Shown here piece after piece: positions 20,447 to 29,374 of a DNA stretch of 64,000 nucleotides. The position numbers and the translations under genes were made by a program. The DNA comes from Synechococcales cyanobacterium VAR_4_metabat_354 (lineage in GTDB: Bacteria > Cyanobacteriota > Cyanobacteriia > Cyanobacteriales > Chamaesiphonaceae). The stretch covers positions 14,182-78,181 of the forward strand of contig JANOQI010000059.1 in assembly GCA_031414775.1 (NCBI GenBank). Direction: 5' to 3'. Numbering within the stretch: position 1 is the stretch's first letter; every line of letters starts with the position of its first letter. Under the pieces are notes generated by a model, which was not told where the DNA came from, searched no databases, and saw only the letters and a list, made by a program, of their open reading frames with translations.

Positions 20447-20478
20447 AAACAGCCCCGGCCTTTACCTGCTGGGGCTGC
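20447..20478 (-). terminator. Terminator of the leftward structural/lysis operon
   Basis: CAGCCCCGGC / GCTGGGGCTG hairpin right after the 691-aa ORF stop. Confidence 0.6.
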
Positions 20479-20485
20479 TTCTATT

Positions 20486-22561
20486 CTAGGCTTTTTTCTT
20501 CAAAACATTGAAGGGGTTGAGTTTGGTCTTAGTTGGTTGAACCTTCGGCATCAAAACACCCAGCGCGATCGCCTGATTAATTTTGAGGGTACTAATCCCC
20601 CCGGTAACGCTCTCTTTCCCCTGCTGGTGGCCAAAATAAGGCACCTGCAACGACTTTTTAGCTACTGAATCCTTAAAAGTCAGATATTTTTGGGCTACTG
20701 GGGTTCCGATCGCCCCAAATAATTCCCGCACTTCTGCACCCGTCACCAGGCTACTAATTTGGGTTCTGGTCACACTATCCCGCATTGAGCTAGCAATCTT
20801 CAGCGTTTCAATTTGGAGCGCCAGCAAGTCGGGGAATCCCTGCACCGAACCATCAGCCAGCTTTACCCGAATTTGGCTAGCATGTTGAACGCCCTGGGCA
20901 ATATCCACCTGATCATGCAGCGCCTGAATCAGCTGGGGAATGTCATAAACCACATCATAGAGTTTTTGAAGCTTGCCCGATTTGGTGTAAGTATTGGGCA
21001 AATGGGGAATAACCAGGCCACGTTTACCGAACTGATTCAGCGAATATTGAGATTTACCCCATTGCGGGTTAGTAAGGCGCTGACGGGCATATTTAGCCTT
21101 CTCCAGGTCATGATTTATTTCGCCCAAAGCGTTCGGTCGGTGGCCTAATAGATTTCCAGTTTTCTCGATCCAATAACCCAGCGTTGTAACCCGTGGCACA
21201 TCTGGATCGAGTTCATTAACCGCATACTTAGCAGCATCCAGAGCCGCATGGATTTCTAAAATTCTGGGGGAGTCCATAGTTAAGCTTCCAAATCCTAAAC
21301 TTTCATCTGTACTTTCATCTGTTTTTGGTGCTTCAAAAAGCTGATATTCGTTGACGCTGAAAACTGGGTGATCGTCTGGTGGTATGTTTTTACTGATTGT
21401 AACTGTGCCATGATCCCATCTGTCATTATTAGCCGCAATAATCCGGGTTACTGGTGCTGCTGGTGTCACTGTACTAACCATCGAAATTATATTACTAGGT
21501 GATGGAATTGCCTCATTAGGATCGCTGGTGGGTTGCGGGTAAAATCTGGTACTTTGTTGCGCTGTGGTGCCGTCAGCTGCTCGGAGGTTGTAACCTCTGC
21601 CCCTGGCTGGATAGTCACCGCCGGGGTGGTTGATTCTGCCCACATAAAAAGTGCTGGCGTAAGCATGACTAACACCAGGATTAGCCGGTGGCTCTAAGCG
21701 CGTTCTCAGCGATTCCCAGTACACCATTAGTCCGGGCAAGCCGTCAGTAAATAAATAAATGTGGGGATAATTACCGGGCAGGGCTGGACTAACCAGTAGC
21801 TCACCTTTGGTTATCTCATCCACCAACAGAGTTCCAAGCACCGGATCTACTATGGGTAAAACATAGCCATCACCTTTAATAATATCTATTGTGCCTTGAT
21901 GCCAATCCAAAGAAGCCACTACATTAGGGTGATCCTCGTTAGGATTGCGGCGATAATAGCCCCACTTCACCCGCCGGGTACTAGTGGCCACACATTTGAT
22001 CAAGGCTGGCCTAACCCGCTGGTCAGCCATAAAGCCAGCCCATAAATTTTGATAACTGGGATGTGGATCAGCTGCCCAGCCCTCAATTCTTCCAATTGAT
22101 GACCACCAAATTCTGATTTTAGAATTTTTAGCTGGGTATGCCTTAGCTATTTCTTCAAAGTTAAAATTAATCTTTCCAAGTGGCGAAAAGCTTTGATAGG
22201 AAACACATCTAGGCGTTGTTCTCAATGCGTCACCAGGGTAAAAGGGGATAGCGTTACCGCCTTCGGATTGAGTGTATGGAGTCGCAACATCAGTGTATGG
22301 TCCACTCTGCACATCGTAAAAAATATAGGGTGGTGCGAATGGGTCTATTTCGTAATCGTAAGGATATGCATCGCTAATTTGATAGCGCGATAGATACCCC
22401 GGTACCGATGCATAAAATTCTCCATTCTGGTGAGTAGTCAGGCTTGTATCGTAATGACAATCATCAATTATCAGGCTGTAAATTTGATAATTGTCAATTC
22501 TTGCCCAAACCGAGTTAAATTCCCGGCTAATATTCCGGTCATTCAGCAATAAATTAAACAT
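20486..22561 (-). CDS. Large hypothetical protein, putative virion component
   Basis: 691-aa ORF; Tyr/Pro-rich N-terminal part and helical C-terminal part. Confidence 0.75.
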   Translation of the reverse strand: MFNLLLNDRNISREFNSVWARIDNYQIYSLIIDDCHYDTSLTTHQNGEFYASVPGYLSRYQISDAYPYDYEIDPFAPPYIFYDVQSGPYTDVATPYTQSEGGNAIPFYPGDALRTTPRCVSYQSFSPLGKINFNFEEIAKAYPAKNSKIRIWWSSIGRIEGWAADPHPSYQNLWAGFMADQRVRPALIKCVATSTRRVKWGYYRRNPNEDHPNVVASLDWHQGTIDIIKGDGYVLPIVDPVLGTLLVDEITKGELLVSPALPGNYPHIYLFTDGLPGLMVYWESLRTRLEPPANPGVSHAYASTFYVGRINHPGGDYPARGRGYNLRAADGTTAQQSTRFYPQPTSDPNEAIPSPSNIISMVSTVTPAAPVTRIIAANNDRWDHGTVTISKNIPPDDHPVFSVNEYQLFEAPKTDESTDESLGFGSLTMDSPRILEIHAALDAAKYAVNELDPDVPRVTTLGYWIEKTGNLLGHRPNALGEINHDLEKAKYARQRLTNPQWGKSQYSLNQFGKRGLVIPHLPNTYTKSGKLQKLYDVVYDIPQLIQALHDQVDIAQGVQHASQIRVKLADGSVQGFPDLLALQIETLKIASSMRDSVTRTQISSLVTGAEVRELFGAIGTPVAQKYLTFKDSVAKKSLQVPYFGHQQGKESVTGGISTLKINQAIALGVLMPKVQPTKTKLNPFNVLKKKA

Positions 22562-22624
22562 AAAAAAACCGTTATCAGTTTGATTGATAACGGCAAAATA
22601 TCAGGGTAAATACTCTGTCTGGAG

Positions 22625-23419
22625 CTACATCGTTACAGGATCACCACCACCCGCGCCAATCTTAGCTAATTGTAAATCATCACTCGTTGGAATATATTCA
22701 GTCGCTGACAAATTCAAAGTGATTTTTTTACAAGGTACCTTAACACCAGTAGTCAAAGTAAACATCGTATTTTCCACGATTGCCCCGGCTCCCAGTGCTA
22801 GCGCCTGTTCATATAAATATTGCTCAATGGTCAGCGCTGAATGTGTAGTGTCTGTAGTGGGAGTAGCACTTGCTAATTCTCCAACCCAAGCACTGGCCTG
22901 TAAGGCCGCTGGAGTAATTTCTAAAACGCTAGAAATATTATTAGTGGGGGCACCCAGTAACATCGGACCGGTGGAAACTGGCAGGTAAGCAACTACACCG
23001 ATCGCGGTTTCAGTTTTGGCGATCGATACTGCTTCACCCCAGCCCGGAAGGGGAATAATCGCCGGACTAGACAGAGCGGCTACAGCGGCTACGGCTGCCT
23101 GTGCCAAAATTTCAGCAGTGGCGGGTTTAGCGGGGAAAGCCGGAACAGCAGCACCAGCGGCAAACGCTGGAGAGCCAGGAAATAAAGCATTAGCAGCGAT
23201 TGCCGGATTAGCAGCATTCGCCGCAATTGCCGCAGAAGCAGCCCGGCCAGCAAACGCCGGAACACCCACCACCGCAGCTTTAGCGGCTACCGCTTTTCGG
23301 ATCATCACTGCTGGGGATTGGCGCAAGCCAGCATAGAGCAAACTAGCAGCATAGAGCGCTTTTTGCTCAATGTTGGTAAAGCCGATTTTGTTGAGAACTG
23401 CAATAGGTGAGAGTTTCAT
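22625..23419 (-). CDS. Hypothetical protein with Ala/Pro-rich insert
   Basis: 264-aa ORF, AAGGA RBS upstream, in operon. Confidence 0.75.
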   Translation of the reverse strand: MKLSPIAVLNKIGFTNIEQKALYAASLLYAGLRQSPAVMIRKAVAAKAAVVGVPAFAGRAASAAIAANAANPAIAANALFPGSPAFAAGAAVPAFPAKPATAEILAQAAVAAVAALSSPAIIPLPGWGEAVSIAKTETAIGVVAYLPVSTGPMLLGAPTNNISSVLEITPAALQASAWVGELASATPTTDTTHSALTIEQYLYEQALALGAGAIVENTMFTLTTGVKVPCKKITLNLSATEYIPTSDDLQLAKIGAGGGDPVTM

Positions 23420-23451
23420 GTATTCCTTTAGTAATTTTGATGAGAGTTGGT

Positions 23452-24045
23452 TTATTTCCAGCCATTAATGGGAGATTGATCCATCTTGAAGCTGGTGCGA
23501 TCGCCAAAAACGCCATCTACAGTTAGTAAATCCTTAGGGTTATTGGCGTTCCAAAGCTGTTGGAAAGCTGATATTTGAAGGCTGGCAATATCTTGACGGC
23601 AATCCCAAAAATCATAATGCGGATAATCCCAAGCTCCGAGACGTTTCCAGCCATAGATACTTAGAGTTGTTTGCCACGGATCAGGATATTTTAGATCCAG
23701 CGCCGCACCGCGTTCATGATTGCTGCTGCCAGGTTTAGCACAGGCGGTGATGCCACATGAACCATTTTCAAATTGTCGCCGTAGAATGTGCTGCTGAACG
23801 GTCGTTCTTAAACAGCTATTGATAGTAATGGTGTCGTTCTTAGAGGTAGCGGCCTGAATTAATCGATCCGCTGCTTTCGGCTGTAAGTATAAATTACAAG
23901 CATTACTTGCTGGGATTATCAGCTCATGATTGACCTTTACTAATACCGGTTCTTCCACCATTCGATTCATTTTTGCAATCAACTGATCGCTTAACCCCTT
24001 GGCCAGCCCAGTATCACAGCGATTGATAATATCTCTGACTAGCAT
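23452..24045 (-). CDS. M15-family Zn peptidase (endolysin-like) with C-terminal peptidoglycan-binding-like domain
   Basis: NSCLRT..QQ, SNHERGAALD (SxHxxGxAxD), DYPH; tail FQQLWN..LTVDGVFGDRT. Confidence 0.85.
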   Translation of the reverse strand: MLVRDIINRCDTGLAKGLSDQLIAKMNRMVEEPVLVKVNHELIIPASNACNLYLQPKAADRLIQAATSKNDTITINSCLRTTVQQHILRRQFENGSCGITACAKPGSSNHERGAALDLKYPDPWQTTLSIYGWKRLGAWDYPHYDFWDCRQDIASLQISAFQQLWNANNPKDLLTVDGVFGDRTSFKMDQSPINGWK

Positions 24046-24288
24046 TTATTGGATTTTAGTAATTTGGTCGATTTTTTCAATATCCGTTGTGGTCGGCTTG
24101 TGGGCGATTTTTTTTACCTGCGAATTCACAGCGAATCTGCTGCCCAGTAGAGCTAACAAAGCACCGAAAGCCACGCTTGCGAATTGTATAGCGGCGGGTT
24201 TGTATTCGGGTGAAGTAAAACCCAAGTAAAAAACACCAACCGGCAACGCATAGAGCAATGGGATAATTAACCATTTTTCAATGTCCAT
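24046..24288 (-). CDS. Small 2-TM holin-like protein
   Basis: 80 aa, two hydrophobic helices, charged tail; abuts the endolysin start. Confidence 0.55.
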   Translation of the reverse strand: MDIEKWLIIPLLYALPVGVFYLGFTSPEYKPAAIQFASVAFGALLALLGSRFAVNSQVKKIAHKPTTTDIEKIDQITKIQ

Positions 24289-24323
24289 CTAGGTTTGTAT
24301 GGTCACGCTCAAATTTTTGCTAA

Positions 24324-25076
24324 TTAGTTATAACTAAACTGAGTGATTTTCGCGTTTCCTGATGGAGTAGGGCCAGCCCAAACCCCCAAAACTCTTCCCT
24401 CATAATCAGCTGGAATATCTAAAGTTCCTGGTTGGCTTCCAGAAGCAGCAGGGACAAAATCAAAATCAGTGGAAACAGTAGGGGGAACCGTTTCCGAAAA
24501 ACTGACATATAGAATTTTATTCGAGTAGTTGCGAATGGTGCTATTTGGCGCTCTTAGCGCATTAGCTGCTAATAATTCTACTGATGTAACAGTGGCTGGA
24601 ATAGTAACAACTGGGTTCTGAGTTGTACCATTTGATCGACTTTCGCCTGATGGATAACCGGGACTTGGTGCCATTTGATAATTCTGTTGGTTGTTTAAAT
24701 AACTGATGGGATACAGATACTCAGAAATTTGCAGCTGTGTAACTGGTAATTTTTGTTGGAGTTCGATCGAATATGACAGCCCGTTAAAACCTGGGGTAAT
24801 AAATTGGGCTGTTTTTAGTCGATCGATCTCTACTTCAAGGTCAACTGGAGGAAGTTTTCCCACGCCAGTCAGAGCGGTAAGGCGGATAATTCCGCGATCA
24901 CTGTCTGGCTGACTGGCCAGCGGTACACGCCCAATGGGAGACCATTTAATCATCAACAGGCCAGCCGAAAATTCGGGCAAAAGCTTTACAAACTTTTTGC
25001 CGGTGATGTTGATGATCGGATGGTGCAGATAGTTGGCATTATCATAAATACCAACATCATTGGGAATGGTAAGCAT
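24324..25076 (-). CDS. Hypothetical beta-rich protein, possible spike/vertex protein
   Basis: C-terminal SVELLAAN..R..IRN.S..LYVSF..YEGRVLGVW beta-sandwich-like pattern. Confidence 0.65.
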   Translation of the reverse strand: MLTIPNDVGIYDNANYLHHPIINITGKKFVKLLPEFSAGLLMIKWSPIGRVPLASQPDSDRGIIRLTALTGVGKLPPVDLEVEIDRLKTAQFITPGFNGLSYSIELQQKLPVTQLQISEYLYPISYLNNQQNYQMAPSPGYPSGESRSNGTTQNPVVTIPATVTSVELLAANALRAPNSTIRNYSNKILYVSFSETVPPTVSTDFDFVPAASGSQPGTLDIPADYEGRVLGVWAGPTPSGNAKITQFSYN

Positions 25077-25080
25077 CTAG

Positions 25081-25668
25081 CTATTTAGCGGCTCCAGCGC
25101 CACCCATTGCGCGATTGTAGTTAATCAAGAATTGCTGCTGACCAACTTGAACAAGCCCAGCTGGTTTAGAAAATTGCTTGACGAAATACACCACATCCAA
25201 AAAATTAGCATCAGCGGGAACAGAAATGGTTAACCAAGCTCGAACCTGTTTCTTAGTGCTATCACCACCACGATTAAGCCCCTTGCTACCTTTGTTCAAC
25301 TTTTTAGCGCGATCTTGTATCTTGTACCCGTAAGAGACGCGAGCGGATTTCGTTTTTTTGAAACTAATACCGCTACCCTCTGCGCTTAAAGTGCCTTCGG
25401 GCGGTTTTTTAATCCCGCATTTTTGGATAGTGCTTTTTTGTACTCTGATCCAAGTTTTGGTGCCATTTACATAAGTAAACAAAACCGGGGCATATACTAA
25501 CGCACCTGACGTAATGCTTCTTTTCTTTAGCTGATTTCCAGCCTTTGCCCGTTTGCGGTTAGCTTCAGCCCGTGCTTTAGCGACGCTCTCCAAGGTTAGC
25601 TGTTGACTATTATTAGCAGCTTCTTTATCCCCCGGTGACGGTTCGATCAGCCCTTTACTACCTGCCAT
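25081..25668 (-). CDS. Highly basic hypothetical protein
   Basis: 195 aa, K/R-rich; AGGGAG RBS upstream. Confidence 0.7.
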   Translation of the reverse strand: MAGSKGLIEPSPGDKEAANNSQQLTLESVAKARAEANRKRAKAGNQLKKRSITSGALVYAPVLFTYVNGTKTWIRVQKSTIQKCGIKKPPEGTLSAEGSGISFKKTKSARVSYGYKIQDRAKKLNKGSKGLNRGGDSTKKQVRAWLTISVPADANFLDVVYFVKQFSKPAGLVQVGQQQFLINYNRAMGGAGAAK

Positions 25669-25723
25669 GTTATCGATCTCCCTGTAATTGTTTTATTTTC
25701 CGAAGACTGTAATGATCAAACAA

Positions 25724-26290
25724 TTAAGCGATTAAGCCTTCTTGCATGTCCAAGAATACAGGGTAGTTAATGCCGTCTTTGCGTACTTGGCCAGTTGCAT
25801 CAACAACAGTGTTATACGGCAAGGTAAAGCCGATCGCCCATTCAGCATTAGTATAGTTATCTTCGTAAGTAACCAAGCCTTGGGGGCTATTGATAATGAT
25901 GTTAGCTCTCAACTTGTCGTTGACGTAAGACATAATCCGAGTCATGTACTCAAAAGCATCTAACAAGGATTCAAGACCAGCTAATTCACCAGTAGTTGGG
26001 ACAATCCAGGCAGTAGCTTCTTTGATGTAATCACGCGCTTTTTTACCAGCGGCGGTGATTGCGTAAGGGATCTGAATCCCAAAGGTCGCCGTACTATCAT
26101 CATCGTTAAATGCAAGCCCTGACACTGGATAAGGAACCGTGGGGTTTTCTTGGTTGTATTCTAGGATGGCCGCATGTAAAAGACTGGCACACTCAAAATA
26201 GGCGGCCACGCGAGTTTCAGACTTGATGATTGCATCACCGGGATCGAAAGTTTGAAAACGAGTATTGCCAATAGGTAGAACTAAAGCCAT
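25724..26290 (-). CDS. Hypothetical protein with apparent internal duplication, candidate major structural protein
   Basis: 188 aa, first gene of the leftward operon. Confidence 0.7.
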   Translation of the reverse strand: MALVLPIGNTRFQTFDPGDAIIKSETRVAAYFECASLLHAAILEYNQENPTVPYPVSGLAFNDDDSTATFGIQIPYAITAAGKKARDYIKEATAWIVPTTGELAGLESLLDAFEYMTRIMSYVNDKLRANIIINSPQGLVTYEDNYTNAEWAIGFTLPYNTVVDATGQVRKDGINYPVFLDMQEGLIA

Positions 26291-26411
26291 GATTATTGAT
26301 TAATGTTGGAGTACTATTAATCTCAGCATTTATCTCTAGAATTGCATAATCAATATTTCCGCTGTTGCTATAGCGCCAGCAATATCAATCACCAATTAGC
26401 TAGTATTTTGA

Positions 26412-27341
26412 ATGACAGCCTATTCTGAAAGTATTTTCAACTCAGTGGCTGGCCATGTGCAGCAAATCGCACTAGCCGCAATTTTGCAGCAAGAAGCTAA
26501 CCGGGATTATGTACCCGATCCATTGGCTACCGACTTCACTCGAAATGCTGTTTCCTGGCAAGTGGTAGCCGATACAACTCAGGCTAATGCTGAGAGCGAT
26601 CGCTTTGGCTATTTAGAAATTTCGGTGACGATGCCACTGCTAAATGATTCCCCGCTGCTAAACAAAAACAATCTGTATCAGCGGGTCGGAACCATTAACA
26701 ACACTGATATTGCGAGTTTAAGCCTTGCCAGGGAATCCACCTTTGCATCAGTGGGAGCCTTAGCACCTAATCCAACAAATCCTAATAGTGTTCCTGGTGG
26801 CACATATCCAGGGACTGCAAACGACACCTTAGAGCGGCGGTTAGCTTGGCTACTTTCTACTTTGTTGGCCAAATATACTTATGTAAAACGTTGGAATTAT
26901 TGGGCTTCACAACTTTGGTCGTATTGCGATCCAATAAATGCAGGAAACTTTTTTTTTGATGCTAATCAAAGTGTAATAAGTCAGTTTGATTATTTTGGAA
27001 TAGATGGCGCTTTAGCTGTTTTACGGCGTATGGGTGAGATTTCAATTAAATTAGCAGACCGTCCCAATCAAGATTATGAAACTATATTTCAAGAATTAAT
27101 AACGGCGGTAGATGACTTAACATATCAATTTACTGCTATAGATCTTGATATTAATTACAGTGATAGCAGCTCAAGCAGTGATATTACTTCGGCAACTGGG
27201 GAAGAGAATTTCTATGATCCATCTGGTGAAAGAGATAGTAATTCACAAGATTCTGATAATCCAGCATCACCAAGCGGCAATAATAGCGCTGATGGGGCTA
27301 CTGGAAATGAATCACCCGACAATAGTCTCAGTGATTGCTAA
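26412..27341 (+). CDS. Hypothetical protein with acidic Ser/Asp/Asn-rich tail
   Basis: 309 aa, first gene of the rightward operon. Confidence 0.7.
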   Translation: MTAYSESIFNSVAGHVQQIALAAILQQEANRDYVPDPLATDFTRNAVSWQVVADTTQANAESDRFGYLEISVTMPLLNDSPLLNKNNLYQRVGTINNTDIASLSLARESTFASVGALAPNPTNPNSVPGGTYPGTANDTLERRLAWLLSTLLAKYTYVKRWNYWASQLWSYCDPINAGNFFFDANQSVISQFDYFGIDGALAVLRRMGEISIKLADRPNQDYETIFQELITAVDDLTYQFTAIDLDINYSDSSSSSDITSATGEENFYDPSGERDSNSQDSDNPASPSGNNSADGATGNESPDNSLSDC

Positions 27342-27353
27342 CAGAAAAAAATT

Positions 27354-27590
27354 ATGGACATTAATTTTCCGCGTACCATTCCACTAAATTCAGTATTTGA
27401 TATCAGTTGTAATGTCTCAATTAATTCTGAAACAGCTCTGGTGAATTGGTTATTGCTAATACCTATTGATAAAGAAAAATATTTAGCAGGCAAAAGCATT
27501 ATTGAATGTATTCCTGAATGTTTTCCAGATATCAACAGCAATACTATTAGTGATTATGTTGGAAATATTACTCAAGTTCCTATTTCATAA
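27354..27590 (+). CDS. Hypothetical protein
   Basis: 78 aa; TAATG stop/start overlap with the next ORF. Confidence 0.6.
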   Translation: MDINFPRTIPLNSVFDISCNVSINSETALVNWLLLIPIDKEKYLAGKSIIECIPECFPDINSNTISDYVGNITQVPIS

Positions 27591-27895
27591 TGGATATTTT
27601 TAAGCGCGATCGTCATAATTATTGGAATCGACATATCAATAAAATCTATATGACGGGCAGTTTCAATCAAAATAATATTTTATTAACCCATCAATACGCC
27701 CGTGATTTGTTACTACTGCTCCAAGAACTAAAAGGCAATGAAGGGCATTTGCTCTATGTTGGTGATTTGGATTTTATCCCCATTGATACAACGGACATGG
27801 CGGCGGCTAGGTTTGTCTTGAACCAGTTTTTTCAGTCGATCGATTCAACACACAGAATCATTATGAGTGGCGGGGGGATAGCTTACAATGCCTGA
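27590..27895 (+). CDS. Hypothetical protein
   Basis: 101 aa, overlaps both neighbours. Confidence 0.6.
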   Translation: MDIFKRDRHNYWNRHINKIYMTGSFNQNNILLTHQYARDLLLLLQELKGNEGHLLYVGDLDFIPIDTTDMAAARFVLNQFFQSIDSTHRIIMSGGGIAYNA

Positions 27896-29372
27896 CAAAG
27901 CAACGGTTTCACCCGATTATCTGAGTGATGTTACTGGCAAATCAAAATTAATTGATTTTGCCGAATTAATCGCCAGTGAGGGACTACTAGGGCTATTGCC
28001 TGCCCCAGTGGCTAAATTTGCTGAAGCAGCTCTGGCAGCTGAAGATCAGGGAGTGCATGAATATTTATGTCATCTGGACAAAGCGGCAAACGCTGGAGAA
28101 TCTAACGCTTGCGGGAGTTCCAAACAAGCCAGCGCCCTAGAAGCTAATCAGCAAGCCTATACCAACGCTTACGGGTGGATTGAATTCACCTCTAAGACTG
28201 GGGAAAAATCAGCCTATGATTACTACGCAAAAAGCGGGGAATGGCGGCAAGCAAATAATAAACGCAGCACCAAGCCGATCGCCATTCCCAGTGGTCGGAA
28301 ACGAGCCGGAACTAAACTTGGTCACTCTAAACACCATACCTACACTAGCAAACGTGGCTCGATTAAGCCCAAAGGTACTCATTACACGCAGCGGGTAGAT
28401 GAAAACCGCAAAAGCTATGCGGTAAGTGAATTTGAACGTAGTGTAAACGGCAAGGACGGCAAGACGATCGGACAACGAGCGATCTTATTTAATGCTGATG
28501 GTAGTGTGACCCGTGGCGCGAATGCGATTCGTGATCAACAGGTGGCTAATGAATTGGCGGCCAAGATTCCCAGCAAAACCCCTAATACTTCAGCAGTTCC
28601 AGCCAAAATCAAGGCGGCTAAGCCCGAACAAACCAAATTCCACAAAAATAAAACTCCGATCGGCCATACTAACGATCTAGCCGGGGGGATTGCAGCGGTG
28701 GGTGGAATTACTGCCATGATTGCGATCGTGGCCTGTCTGCTGCCCATGCACTTTGTAACCAGCGCGATTACTTTCCTGACCAGCATTACCACCTTTTTTA
28801 CAAATGTTAATAATGCGGTAAATACTTATTTGACGGTGACAGAAGCGCTACTGGGGATGTTTGGCTTTAAGGGCGCTACCAAGGGCATTAAGTCTTTTAT
28901 GGCCAAAATTGTTGATAATGCTTTCGGCAAGGAAAACGCCCAGGCGGTGAAAAATGCCTTTGCCTCTGGGATTAACAGCGTTTCGACCACCACTAAGCTG
29001 TTAGAAAAAATGCAGTCAATCCGCCAGCGTACCGATAACAAGGTGGATGGTTTGGCTATCCAGCTGGGTACCGTAAATAATGCCCTGAAAGATGCTGGTT
29101 TGGTGTCGCCGGATAGTCCCTATTTCGCGGCCAGCCAGAATATTGATGAATTCGTGAAGGCGCGGGAAGTGGACGATCCTAGTATTGGGGAATCACTTAC
29201 AGAATTAACCAAGGAAATCAAAGATCCTGAAGAAGCTAAAAAGTTACTAGCCGAAGAAGCTAAAACCCAGGCTCAGAGACAGGCTAAGACTGATAAAAAA
29301 ATTAATGATGTGGCTAAATTGGGCGCGGGGCTAAATATCAATGTCGATAAAGTCGATCCATTTAAGGTGTAA
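27888..29372 (+). CDS. Hypothetical protein with basic region, hydrophobic segment and helical C-terminus
   Basis: 494 aa; GGIAAVGGITAMIAIVACLLPMHFVTSAITFL hydrophobic stretch. Confidence 0.75.
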   Translation: MPDKATVSPDYLSDVTGKSKLIDFAELIASEGLLGLLPAPVAKFAEAALAAEDQGVHEYLCHLDKAANAGESNACGSSKQASALEANQQAYTNAYGWIEFTSKTGEKSAYDYYAKSGEWRQANNKRSTKPIAIPSGRKRAGTKLGHSKHHTYTSKRGSIKPKGTHYTQRVDENRKSYAVSEFERSVNGKDGKTIGQRAILFNADGSVTRGANAIRDQQVANELAAKIPSKTPNTSAVPAKIKAAKPEQTKFHKNKTPIGHTNDLAGGIAAVGGITAMIAIVACLLPMHFVTSAITFLTSITTFFTNVNNAVNTYLTVTEALLGMFGFKGATKGIKSFMAKIVDNAFGKENAQAVKNAFASGINSVSTTTKLLEKMQSIRQRTDNKVDGLAIQLGTVNNALKDAGLVSPDSPYFAASQNIDEFVKAREVDDPSIGESLTELTKEIKDPEEAKKLLAEEAKTQAQRQAKTDKKINDVAKLGAGLNINVDKVDPFKV

Positions 29373-29374
29373 GT

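Noticed and set aside
22584..23336. Plus-strand 134-aa and 106-aa ORFs inside the element
   Set aside because: Antisense to the 264-aa gene, which has an RBS and fits the operon; Ala-rich codons keep the opposite frame open
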